Assembly: GCF_018350175.1 (NCBI RefSeq)
Contig: NC_058368.1
Span: 156,738,001-156,802,000, forward strand
From: Felis catus
Taxonomy: Eukaryota
Direction of reading: 5' to 3'
Length of the DNA stretch: 64,000 nucleotides
A program made the translations under genes and the position numbers. Shown piece by piece: positions 53,090 to 64,000 of this stretch (the stretch's first letter is position 1; each line of letters starts with the position of its first letter). The notes under the pieces are model-generated. The model was not told the origin of the DNA. It made no database searches and saw only the letters and a program-made list of their open reading frames with translations.

Positions 53090-54340
53090 AGGGGGACTTC
53101 TGGTTTCTGGCCTGGCATGTAAGGAGCTTAGAAGTCATGCCCTTCCAAGTAAAAAGCTGAACAAACTGAAAAAAAATCAATAGCTCTTCTTATCTGGCAG
53201 AGAAGTGAGGTCACAGGGCAAAATACTGACTCAAAAATTAGAGAGATGGACAATCAAATCAAGAGAATCACAACCTACCAGAGCAAAAACCCATGAGCAG
53301 AAACCTCTGTGGGAACCCATGTCAGGATAGGAAAACCTAAACTGGAACTGATGAATTACTAGAGGCTCAGTGTGAACTAGTCTTAGCGTTAAAAAGCTCA
53401 GGGATGTCTAGTCAAAGGGGGGGGGGCATAATTTTATGAGTTTTACCTCCAGGATTTCTTACACTGAATATTAAAGAAAAATCCCCTGTGCTTCCAGCAG
53501 TGGGAGGAGAAAAGGAACCATTTTGAAATAAGTTTTCTTTACCAAGGCCTGACCTCAGGGCCAACCTAAGGGTTAGTGGAGACTGAGAAGCACCTATAAA
53601 GTTCACAGTCTAGGAGCACAGGCTCACTAGAAGATTGAAACTTTATCACAGCACTATAGAATTCTTCCTAGTCCCTCACACCTCACTACCACATCACTGA
53701 AGTCTTATTGATGTTCCTTTTACCCAATACATCATGTCTACATTTCAACAAAAGGATTACACACTATTAGCATACTAGAAGGTGAAAAACACAACTTGAA
53801 AAGACAAAGTCAGCATTAGGACCAGACTCAGATATGGCAGGGATGTTGGAATTATCAGACTGGGAATTTAAAACTATGATTCATATGCTAAGGGACTGAA
53901 TGCAAAAAGTAGACAGCATGCAAGAACAGATGGGTAATGTATGCAGTGAGATAGAAATTCTGAGAAAGAATAAGAAGAAATGCCAGAGATCAAAAACCTG
54001 TAAAATAAATGAAGAGTGCCTTTGATGGGCTCATAGAGCGGGCACAGCTGAAGGAAGAATTTCTGAGCTTGACTCTATGTCAACAGAAACCTCCAAAAAT
54101 GAAAAGCAAAGAGAAAAGGACAGAAGAAGAAGAAGAAAAGAACAGAATATCCAAGAACTGTGGGACAACTACAAAAACATATAACCTATGTGTCATGTAA
54201 CTGGAATACCAAAATGAGAAGAGAAAAAGGAAAAGAAGAAAGATTTAGAGGCATAAGGGTTGAGAATTTTCCCAAATTAATGTCAGACACCAAAACACAG
54301 ATCCAGGAAGCTCAGAGAACACCAAAAAGAATAAATGCCA
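53090..54340 (+). mobile_element. Ancient L1 5' UTR plus ORF1 fragment (L1M/L1MC-like), 3'-truncated
   Basis: ORF1-like remnants MKSAFDGLI and ENFPKLMSDTKTQIQEAQRTPKRIN in ORFs 54009-54200 and 54160-54474. Confidence 0.85.
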
Positions 54341-54342
54341 AA

Positions 54343-54344
<2 letters not shown>

Positions 54345-54400
<56 letters not shown>
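54345..54400 (+). repeat. (GAAA)14 microsatellite
   Basis: Read directly from the sequence. Confidence 0.97.
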
Positions 54401-54402
<2 letters not shown>

Positions 54403-55174
54403 ATCCACAGAAGGAATGATAGAATTCCAGTTTCTCTTAAAAAATTAAAATTAAGACAAAGAGTCTACGCTTGATAAATTTGTATTTTGAAGATTCTATA
54501 TCCTGAAATAAAACTCTCTCTTTTCAAAACAGATCATTTTTGCTGTCAAGATACAAAACAGTATATATGGGGAGACAACATCTTATTTCTTTTTGGTTCA
54601 ATCCAATGAAAAGCAAGGCACACCACAGATATAGAGCCTCCTCCTTCAGCCAAAGTAACAACTTTCTTGTATTTATGTTTTGTGATCAGTGTAACAAATC
54701 TAATGGGGATTCTGAGCCATAACAAGGGGCATGACTGATTCACTGCCATCCCCACCAAGACCGTATTCCATTCATCAGATTGGTCCTGACTGTGTGTGCC
54801 CAGGGCAGGGTGTGGTGGGGGCAGAAGTGCATATGGCAGAGACAACCTAGAGAGTCAGATTGAAGCTGCATCAAGAGGTGATACAATTCTTCCTACAGTT
54901 TCCAGGTTTCCTGTGGAGAATGCCTTCTCCTGGCCATAAGCTGGTCAATGGAGAGAATGAAAACCTGAATTATACATGAGCAGACTAGAGTGACAGTCTA
55001 AGGAACCCCATCAAAGACTAAATAAATGGCCTCAATTGGTATCTAATTTCAAGTAATCGATGGATAACAGAGCTGCTCTGGGTGACTTCACAAAAAAACA
55101 GTAAATAACACTATTTCATCCATTAGATTGTATGCTCCCTTGGGCCACAGGCTTTTTTTTTTTTCTCATCATAA

Positions 55175-55657
55175 GTGGTCAGTTGCTAACATGACCACCA
55201 TCTTTTATTCCTCCTTGTATTCACATATGAGACAATTTGCAGCTCCTCCAGCAGAGAGGTGGAATTTGTTTGCCCTTCCCTTCAATGGAGTCTGGCCTTG
55301 TGACTTGCTTCGAATGATACAATGCACCAAAAGCAATGCTGTGCTAGCTCCAAGCATAGGCCTCAAGAAACCTTCCATGCACTTGCAAATTTGCTGACAT
55401 GAATAAGCTCAGGCTAGCTGGCTGGAGGATCAGACCACTTTGACCAGAGGCCAACAGGTGAGGCCATTCTGACACTGGTCTAGCCAGTGTCAGCTGACCT
55501 AACGGCTAATTGCAGATACATGGGTGGGCCAAGCCAACACCAGAAGAAAAGCCCAGTCAAAATGCCAACCTGGAGAATTATGAGCTAAGTAAAGGCTATT
55601 GCTTTAAGCCACAAGGTTTAGGGGTAGTTTATTATGTAGCAAAAGCCAATTGATACA
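55175..55657 (+). mobile_element. MLT1 (H/I-like) LTR
   Basis: ctggccttgtgacttgctt...ataggcctcaagaaacctt...tttaagccacaaggtttaggggtagtttattatgtagcaaaagccaattgataca. Confidence 0.8.
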
Positions 55658-56114
55658 CAATCATCCCTAGTGTTTATCACAGTATTAGGCATTAAGAAGG
55701 CACACATCAAAAGTTGGGTAAATATGTCGTTGAATATGTTAGTCCATCTACCACGTTGCCCATAGTGTGCCAATGGTGTGCCAAGTATGAGGATACATGG
55801 TCTCTACCATTAATGAGCTATCAGACTAACAGAAGAGACAAATGAATTGGTGGTATTCACACAAGATATTGTATTAAAGCATGTTAGTAGTATGTTCAGG
55901 ATAACAGGAGAGATGCCTAGGGGCAAGGGTCAGAGGAAGCTCCTTGAGGAGGTGACAGATTAGCTAAGTGTTTTTTTTTTTTTTAAATGGCAGAGTGACC
56001 GGATGAAGTAGTGGGATTGTGTGTATGTGCTGTACAGAGAAAAAAGTGTAGAAGGCTAAAAATTAAACTACTCAGGAAAATGGGACTGGAGCAGGGGAGG
56101 GGCAGGTGGTTAAC

Positions 56115-56315
56115 ATTCAGTACGGCTCTGTTACCAGCTACGTGGAGCTCAGCCCTTACTTCAACTCTCTGAGCCTTGGTTTCCTTAGCCAAGTAGGACA
56201 TGAATGGCGCTTGGCACATAGAGTTGTTTGGAGCAATAAATAAGATAGCCTGTGTAAAGTGCTTGCCCAGTGCCAGCATGTAATACCTACCAATAGTGCC
56301 TGTCTATTATTATTT
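56115..56315 (+). mobile_element. MIR SINE
   Basis: ttcaactctctgagccttggtttcct...tgtgtaaagtgcttgcccagtgcc. Confidence 0.7.
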
Positions 56316-57650
56316 ATTGTCTTGTTACCATAAGCACATATTTCTTTCGATTTAAATATATTTCAACAAAGTAGAAAATAAATCTTCAAAAATAAGGTGA
56401 TCATTGAACACTACAATATATACATTAACCTTGAAAAGAAGGAAATTCTTTACCTGAATCTTTATATTCTGCGTTTCTGTAACACATCAAACACATCAAA
56501 TAAAATAGAAGTGAAGGAAAGGTTTTCCAAGCAGAAGAGACAGCAAGTATAAACTTAGGGTGTTGTGATACTGTTTGGCACATATGTTGGATGGCAAATA
56601 CCAAGTGTGACCAAAGTACAGTGTGCAAGGGACAGAGTTCAATAGATGAGACAGAGTGAATAGCAACAGCCAGGTCATGAAAGACCACATGTGAAGCAGA
56701 GTTTGGAGTCCATTCCAAAGGCACCAGGGAGCCATTGCTGCCTCTTATTTGGGATTGATGTAAGTAGCAGTCTTGTTAAAAAACAAACTATACATTTGTC
56801 ATTTAAGTAGGAGTAAGAGATATCATTTCACTTATTCCACTTTACTCAACAATAATGTTTGGATGCCTTGTATAGATCACTACTTCTACAGCATCGGTGA
56901 ATCCAAGTAATAAGATTCAGGTCCTGCTCTCAGAGGGTTTCCAGTCTAGCAGGTAAGACAGCCTTAGAAGCAAATGTTACAACTCAATATACTATGTTGT
57001 AAATGGGAAATGGGTCAAGTTCCATGGTATAAGGGGTCAGAACTACTAATTCTGGGAGATGGGGAGGGCAGGAATATTAAGGACAAACCTTTTGGAAGCA
57101 AGATTTCAGTGGTGTACTGAGAGAAAAAGTACCGCAGTCTCAATCCATTCCTGGATCCACTTTCTCTACAGGGCATTCCTTCCTATAACCCTCTCCATCA
57201 TATCAGAGTACCATTTCTATTTCTGTATTCACTGCCTGTGATTACCAACATAAATACCTTGGGCACCAATTATCAAAGAAATAATGCAACTATTTATAAT
57301 ATTATATAAACTGGGCCCAATAGAATTAAATCATAACATTGCATATTCAGATTTACCCCATTCCCAAATCCCAAAGAGAAATTTAGCAATATTTCCCTTT
57401 TGCTAATAGGACCCAAACTTATAACTCTCTAAATTCATATTAACCAACCACTTCATTCAGCAAAAATCCAAGTTGTTTACTTTGAAACCTGTGGCTCATA
57501 TTCATAAATTTCATAAATGTGAGATTTTGTTCAATGTTAGATCTCACATTAAAAGCCAATGTTATGACTTACACCATAAATGCAAATACTTGATAAAATA
57601 GAAACCCACAGTGAAAACTTTAAGAAGCAAAATCCAACCCGAAAAACTTT

Positions 57651-57822
57651 GAGGCACTTGGGTAGTTCAGTTCGTTAAGCATCTGACTCTTGATTTAGGC
57701 TCAGGTCATGATCTTGTGGTTTATGAGTTCAAGTCCAGCATCTAGCTCCATGCTGACAGTGCAGAGCCTGCTTGAGATTCTCTCACTCTCTCTCTCTCAA
57801 AATAAATAAACTTAAAAAAAAA
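57651..57822 (+). mobile_element. CAN-SINE (older)
   Basis: gaggcacttgggtagttcagttcgttaagc head; aaataaataaacttaaaaaaa tail. Confidence 0.92.
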
Positions 57823-58343
57823 GAAAAATTTGAACAGCTTTTATTATTATATAGGTTCAACAGTCAGTTTAGCAAGAGCAACCAATCTCCAGGTTTAGGC
57901 AGCCACCAAAGATGGTGACACACAGTGACTGTTCTTACGTGGGATCCTCACCTATGGATCCATATTTTTAAGCTTTCTATTTGCGTTCAGTTTAGGTTCG
58001 CCTACACCACAATGTGTACTTTAATTATGTCGACGGTTTTAAATGTAGTTGCTGTGCGAAAATCTACTGCAAGAACAGGTATACGTTTAAGAATTGATAC
58101 TATGGGTTTTCTTATAACACAAGAAAAATACTCAGGAGTTATCAAATTTGTGACTAGGTTGGTAAAGTTAAGCCATCACCTGCAACCATTTATTGATTCT
58201 TTCTTGCTTTTAAGGCCTCTCTTATCAACTGCAAATTTAGATAGGTAGGACTATACACGAGATTAATATAAAATAATGCTCTTCTGGATGACTGAAATCC
58301 TCTAAGCTCCTTATAATTATCTATTATGAAAACATTTATTTCT

Positions 58344-58556
58344 TTTTAAAAAAAATTTTAATGTTTATTTTTGAGAGGGAGAGACAGAGTGCAAGCATGG
58401 GAGGGACAGCGAGCGAGGAAGACACAGAAACTGAAGCAGGCTCCAGGTTCTGAGCTGTTAGCACAGAGCCCAATGCTGAGCTCGAACTTAGGGACAGTGA
58501 GATCATGACCTGAGCCGAAGTCGGACGCTTAACTGACTGAGCCACCCAGGCGCCCC
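58344..58556 (-). mobile_element. CAN-SINE
   Basis: Perfect 17-bp TSD tgaaaacatttatttct at 58327-58343 and 58557-58573. Confidence 0.96.
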
Positions 58557-59203
58557 TGAAAACATTTATTTCTAAAAATTCATGTGCCTCACTGAAAGAT
58601 ACTTCAAGTGGTACTAAAAATGGTTCCTAAAAATAGACTTGGAACAATCTATTCCAGTATGCTGTATGTATTCTGTGTGATTTTCATACTTGAATACTCT
58701 CAGTGAATGAGAGCCACTTTAGCAGCTCTTGGCCAATTAGTAAGTTACAGAACTGGGATTTGAACGCAGCCTGTCTAGTTGCAGCGTCTGTGCTCTTAAC
58801 CACCGTGTTATATGCCTCACTACCATTGAAGTTGAGTTTGATATCCTAAAAACATAGAAAGTACTGTAGTATGTGCTAGCTATTATTGTATTTATTGTTT
58901 GACTTGAGATATACATATGCAATATGTAGACATATGTGTGCATATATATGATAGATTTACCACCTGTGATATATAACATTATAAACATCTTTGATAATCA
59001 AAAAAAATCAAATGAAAAAAAATACCCCAAAATACAATTAAAATCTTACAAGTAATTTAGGAAGGAAAAACATAAAAGTTGTATTTCTGTCATATGTTCT
59101 CTTTAATCTACTATTGGCCACTTACTTTGTTTTGGTGAGCAGTTTTAAGCCATGATGAAGTGATGGTACTGGATCAGATCTCCCACAAAGAAGTAAAAGA
59201 AAA

Positions 59204-59414
59204 GGGGCACTTGGGTGGGTCCATCGGGAAGCATCCAACTCTTGGTTTCAGCTCAGGTCATGATCTCACAGTTAGTGAGTTCAAGCCCCACATCGGGCTT
59301 TGTGCTGACAGTGCAGAGCCTGCTTGGGATTTCTCTCTCCCTCTCTCTTTACCCCTCCCTGACTTGCTCTCTCTCTCTCTCTGTCTCTCAAATAAATAAA
59401 TAAACATTAAAAAA
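59204..59414 (+). mobile_element. CAN-SINE
   Basis: ggggcacttgggtggg head, CT-rich region, aataaataaataaacattaaaaaa tail. Confidence 0.94.
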
Positions 59415-61039
59415 GAAGAACATCATGCTGAATGTTAAGATGAAATTTTGGGGAGGCTCAAGTAACCTTCTAAGAAATATGGGAAACAAAATAATGTCAA
59501 TAATAGTGATTATCAAGGAACGGCAAGAATCCCATATTTCTTAGAAGGCATACCCAGCACTATACATTTAACAGTCATATCCAACAATCATACATTTGGG
59601 TCTTGATGTATCCACGTAGGAATTTAAATGCTAATATGAAGACTCACTGCATAGATTTTATGGGAAAAGTTCTGTGTACATAGAAGGGTCTTGCTTAGTA
59701 TGTGAATTAATTTGCTAATAGAAAACTTTTCTACCGTATTACTACTTTAATTTGGATAGGAGTATTTAGAAAGTTAATTTTTAGATAAAAATACAAATAA
59801 AATACTATTATTTGGTTATAACTGTATATATTCTATCATAGTGAGAGCTTATTTATATTCAAGTAATAATTGATATGAAATTCCTTAAAGGTCAATTAAT
59901 TTTCTCTAATAAATAAAAATACTCATAATATGACATAAGAGTAGCATATGGATAAATGAATTTAGTCAACATCTCAATGCAATGAAAACAAGATTTTTTG
60001 AATATTCACTGAAATTTTTATTATATTCTGCTATAGCAGAATCTTACTTTCAATACTCTTAATTAGTATGATTTATCTAGACATTCACAAAAACACAATA
60101 TGGGTCAGAATCACCAGGAAGTAATATATCAGGAGTAAAAGGGCCTCAGACAGCTTGCAAGTCCATCTTATATTTGCAGACCAAGGGAAAGAAGAGGGAG
60201 GTAGGCTGTTAGGGTTAAAAGAGGTTTTGATATGACTAGTAAGTTTCAGCCTCTATTTGGCCTGATCTCATGAGCCTAAAGCAGAACCTTATAAGGAGAC
60301 TTTAGCATCATGATAACTCAGAAATGGACTTTCTCATGGAAACTGAGGTCATTATAGGGCCTCATTTGTCTGTGGTGTCTTGGGGAACTCTGAGATCCAC
60401 AAAACTTCATGGAAATCAATTTGCATGTGAAGATTAGTAACCCCAAAAAGGACATTTTAAAGAATACTAGGAACTTTTTCCAAGTGTCCTAGAGACTTGA
60501 GCTGAGATGCAGGGAAGGTATCTCTTCTCTACACTCCAGGAATTCCCTCTTGGGAAGAATGGAACATGCAGGGAGCTTCTGCCACCAGGATGGACCCTGG
60601 GAGCACAGCTAAGAGGGAAATCCAGGAATTGTCTCCTACAAGAGCTACCTACCATCAGGAGTAGCAGGAACAAGTATTAGTCTAAACAAAACTTGCACTA
60701 GGAGGTACCTATTTCAGCATGATTCATCTTTTAAGAGAGAAATAATTCAGTCATCAATGGGCATAATGTCCAGGACAAATATAACCACTAAGATTTTACT
60801 ATTTACCATTTTGAGGAGAGAGAATACATTTTTCCTACCACACGTTGTAGGTTTAGAGACCCAGAAACTCTAAGAGGCTTACATCTACTACAGAGCCCCT
60901 AAAAGCACCAAGTCTACCAGGAGTATAAAGCCCAGTGGAAAGAGGTTAATCCTGTTTCATAGATATAGCATGTTTTTTATTTGTGCTCTGCAGCCAACTG
61001 CTACCATTCCTTACTGGAATGGGGTGCTCATCTGCTGGC

Positions 61040-61540
61040 ATCTTTCTGGGAAGCCACCACTCCCCATTCTTAGAACATATGATTTTGGTGGAGTTGACTA
61101 GCAGTGGGCTGTCCCTGACCCAGATCTGGCCAGATTATACTCTTTCTCCTGTACAAAGTGGTGGGTTCAGGGATGGTGAGGCCACCTAAGCCAGGCCACT
61201 GAGATTCAGAGGGTCAGGCACAGGACTTGTACAGAAGATATCTGCAGGGACACTTCTCCCCCTGAGAAGCCTACGTGTTAGGGCAATGTTGAGTCTGAGG
61301 CTGCTGATAATCCCCCTTGCCTCCACAAGAAGGGAGTCTGCAAACACAGGATAGTAGAGTCTGGAGCAGAAAGACAGAGGGAGATGCACAGTGCTCTGAT
61401 AACACTGGGGAGACTCTGAGATCCTGCCAAGTCTGAAGCCATGTGTATCCCTAGACATGTCAGATATTTGAACCAATAAAGTTTCTGTCTTGATCAGGCT
61501 GGTTTGAGCAGGCTTTTCTATCACTTGAAAACCAGACAAT
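61040..61540 (+). mobile_element. MLT1 (J/K-like) LTR
   Basis: gggttcagggatggtgaggccacctaagccaggccactgaga...ccaataaagtttct...ggtttgagcaggcttttctatcacttgaaaaccaga. Confidence 0.7.
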
Positions 61541-62439
61541 CTTGACTTGCTTGCCTGCATTTCTATTTAATTCGATTCAACAAACATTGAGGATCTGTTG
61601 AGGGCCATGCCCTGTGCTACATGCTTAGGCTACCAATATGAATGAAACATGGTTGCTGATCTCATGAGAGTTCTGGGCTAGGCAATAAGCCTAAATTCTA
61701 GTGATTCTCTACAGGTTAACAGGCCATGTGCTGTTTTGAAAGCACAGATCCATGGATCTCTGTCATGACCCCATCTCACTGGACTACAACAGTCATTCTG
61801 AAGGACAAGGAAAGGGAATAACACCCAACTGGTAAGCATGTTTTAAAAAAAACAAAACTGGCAGTATATTTTTACAGACTAATAATAATTACAGAAAAAA
61901 ATTTCCTTGAGAAGCTCTTCTATCATCTAAAAACAGTATTCTACAACATAATAATAAATACTTTGTTCAAAGCTTACTGTGCCAAAAATAACAGTGTAGA
62001 AAAATAAACTCATAGTGAATTTAATTGAGTGTTAACAATGATAGAGATAAAATAAATGAACCCAGAGAGAGCATGAAACATGGGTACACAAGAGTTCATT
62101 TTGATAGTTTTGTATTTAAAATAATTTACTTTAAAATGATTAATAAATCCTCATTTTCAACCCAAAAACACAGGTGGAAAGAGATTACCTTCTCAAATAT
62201 ATTTAGTTTTACTTAGTGCATAGTATGAATCAGGTATTCTGGAGGACACTGTATTGACATGCTTCAGGGCATTTACTTTTAATAAGTGAAAAGTCACATT
62301 TCCTCATGAGAATGTAGCAACACCCTTTATAAAACTAGATGAGAGCTTTAAGAGGAGTCAAAAAAGTGACCTTTCCAAAGGGCTCATAGTAGTCTCACTC
62401 GTCATTTATATTTGTAAAAGTAACACTTTGTTACAAGTT

Positions 62440-62663
62440 AAAAAATTTTTTTTTTCAACGTTTATTTATTTTTTGGGGGACAGATAGAGACAGAGCATGA
62501 ACGGGGGAGGGGCAGAGAGAGAGAGGGAGACACAGAATCGGAAACAGGCTCCAGGCTCTGAGCCATCAGCCCAGAGCCCGACGCGGGGCTCGAACTCACG
62601 GACCGCGAGATCATGACCTGGCTGAAGTCAGACGCTTAACCGACTGCGCCACCCAGGCACCCC
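62440..62663 (-). mobile_element. Young SINEC_Fc-type CAN-SINE
   Basis: Near-consensus body; short TSD acaagtt. Confidence 0.97.
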
Positions 62664-64000
62664 ACAAGTTTTTAAAGTAGGTCATAACAAAAAAGATAAA
62701 ATATAATTTGCATATAACTTTTACAGAAAGAAACCTGGTAGGAATCTGAAGGTTGTTGTGTAGAGCAGACCCGAAGAAAAGCTAAGTAAGTAAAGTTTTA
62801 GCTCCAGCCCTCACTTTTCTGAGCTTTCAATTGTGTTATACCATTCATTCAGGTGCCTTAGACACCTTGCCTCCATTAATCTGGAAAGTTCTCCACATCC
62901 TGATGGTATTTCTCTCTTTGTCCAAGTATTGACAGGGAAGAATGACAGTCTGGTACACACCTTGAAAAGCAAATTTCTGGAGGTGGGTCAAGGCTAGGAA
63001 AACTTCAGTTGATTTTTAAGCCAATTTAGTCTACCCATTCAGAGACTACATGAGTTGTACCAAACAGGAATTTTGGGGGTTCACCTTCCAGTAACACAGT
63101 TAGGTCAAGGTAAAGGAATCAGCCAAACCAATCTGAGAGTGCACTATCATTAAGAAGGTTAGGAAATCTGTGCTCGGCATTGCTCTTTATTTTCCTTTCT
63201 CTACAGCCTTCTGGTAACAATTTCTTTAAAAGACCAAGCCTTATACTAGTTGCCCTAAATGAAAGAGATTTTTTCACACTCCTTTTAAGTACTCTTTGTC
63301 CCAGGTACAGTTATGAGAATGGACTGCATGAGGAGGACAAGACTGAAACTGAGAACCTCTGCTAAAAGTCAGGACAGGTCTCTCCTGCTGGGTCTCAGGC
63401 CTTGACACACCTTATTAACAGGCACAGGGCAACCTTAAAAAATAATTCACAGCAAGGTGTTAATGATTAAGAACAAGCTTAATGTGGTATGGCTCAAACA
63501 CAAACCAGTGATATATTTTAAAAGAGCAAAGCAAGGGGATGGAATAGTACAATAAAATCTGTAATACCTAGACAATTTATAAATTTTTTAGACCAATAAG
63601 GCATACCATAGCACTCAAATCAATTCAGTTTCGTGACATTGATTCCATCTATCATGAAGGATATCTGGTTTTACCAACAACTGGCAAATCACTCATATCC
63701 AGACATTTTTTCCTATTGTACCTGCCGATAGTGTTTCCTATGTGTCATAATATCCCACCAATACATGTAATAAGGTCTCTGTACCTAGTGGATGCTAATA
63801 AATATTTGTGAAGGGGTCATAGCATGGGGTGAAAGAAATGCAGAATCAAAACAGCCCTCAAAGACTGAAAATCCAGGGGAAATATTAATAGGTAGAAAAA
63901 TAGGTAGCTACCTATTGTTTGGTATCTCCTATATAAGAGACACTACATTAAAAATAATTAAAATAATACTTAACATTTCATTCAAGGAAATCACAAAAAA

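Noticed and set aside
57979..57992. atttgcgttcagtt resembling mitochondrial tRNA-Ala (possible NUMT)
   Set aside because: Only about 14 nt match and the flanks form no tRNA; likely chance.
61746..61759. Perfect 14-bp palindrome agatccatggatct
   Set aside because: Palindromes of this length are expected by chance in 64 kb; no supporting context.
7930..62663. tRNA genes suggested by A/B-box-like motifs
   Set aside because: They are the tRNA-derived heads of CAN-SINEs, not cloverleaf genes.
48..63365. All ORFs in the supplied track as host protein-coding genes
   Set aside because: They are short, many start at non-ATG codons and none resembles a protein I recognise except L1 remnants. The recurring MAQSVKRPTSAQVMIS...LTAQSLEP peptides are CAN-SINE translations.
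1..64000. CRISPR array, operon or other prokaryote-type system
   Set aside because: The sequence is mammalian; there is no regularly spaced repeat-spacer array and no gene-dense region.

Overview
Non-coding, repeat-rich mammalian genomic DNA from a felid (cat family), judged from about 25 tRNA-derived CAN-SINEs that include near-intact SINEC_Fc-type copies. No protein-coding exon, RNA gene, CRISPR array or other prokaryotic system could be supported. The supplied ORFs are SINE/L1 read-throughs or chance frames. The window is intronic or intergenic and holds ancient L2, MIR, MLT1, MER34-like, MER53, MER33 and MER5 relics, several L1 fragments and microsatellites. Main observations: (1) a nested insertion at 44.1-44.4 kb, where a polyadenylated ~100-nt LTR-like 3' end was retroposed with a 16-bp TSD and a terminal hairpin, then interrupted by a SINE with its own TSD; (2) several CpG-retaining unique islands with dense TF motifs (NKX2/GATA/T-box at 25.1 kb, posterior HOX/CDX at 19.1-19.4 kb, D-box/AP-1/ETS/TEAD at 35 kb); (3) a three-helix pseudoknot-capable segment overlapping a CTCF-like motif at 24.8 kb; (4) two dispersed short duplications; (5) indirect hints of a minus-strand host transcript. 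Repeat subfamily names are from recognition by eye, not a database search, and boundaries of old repeats are approximate.
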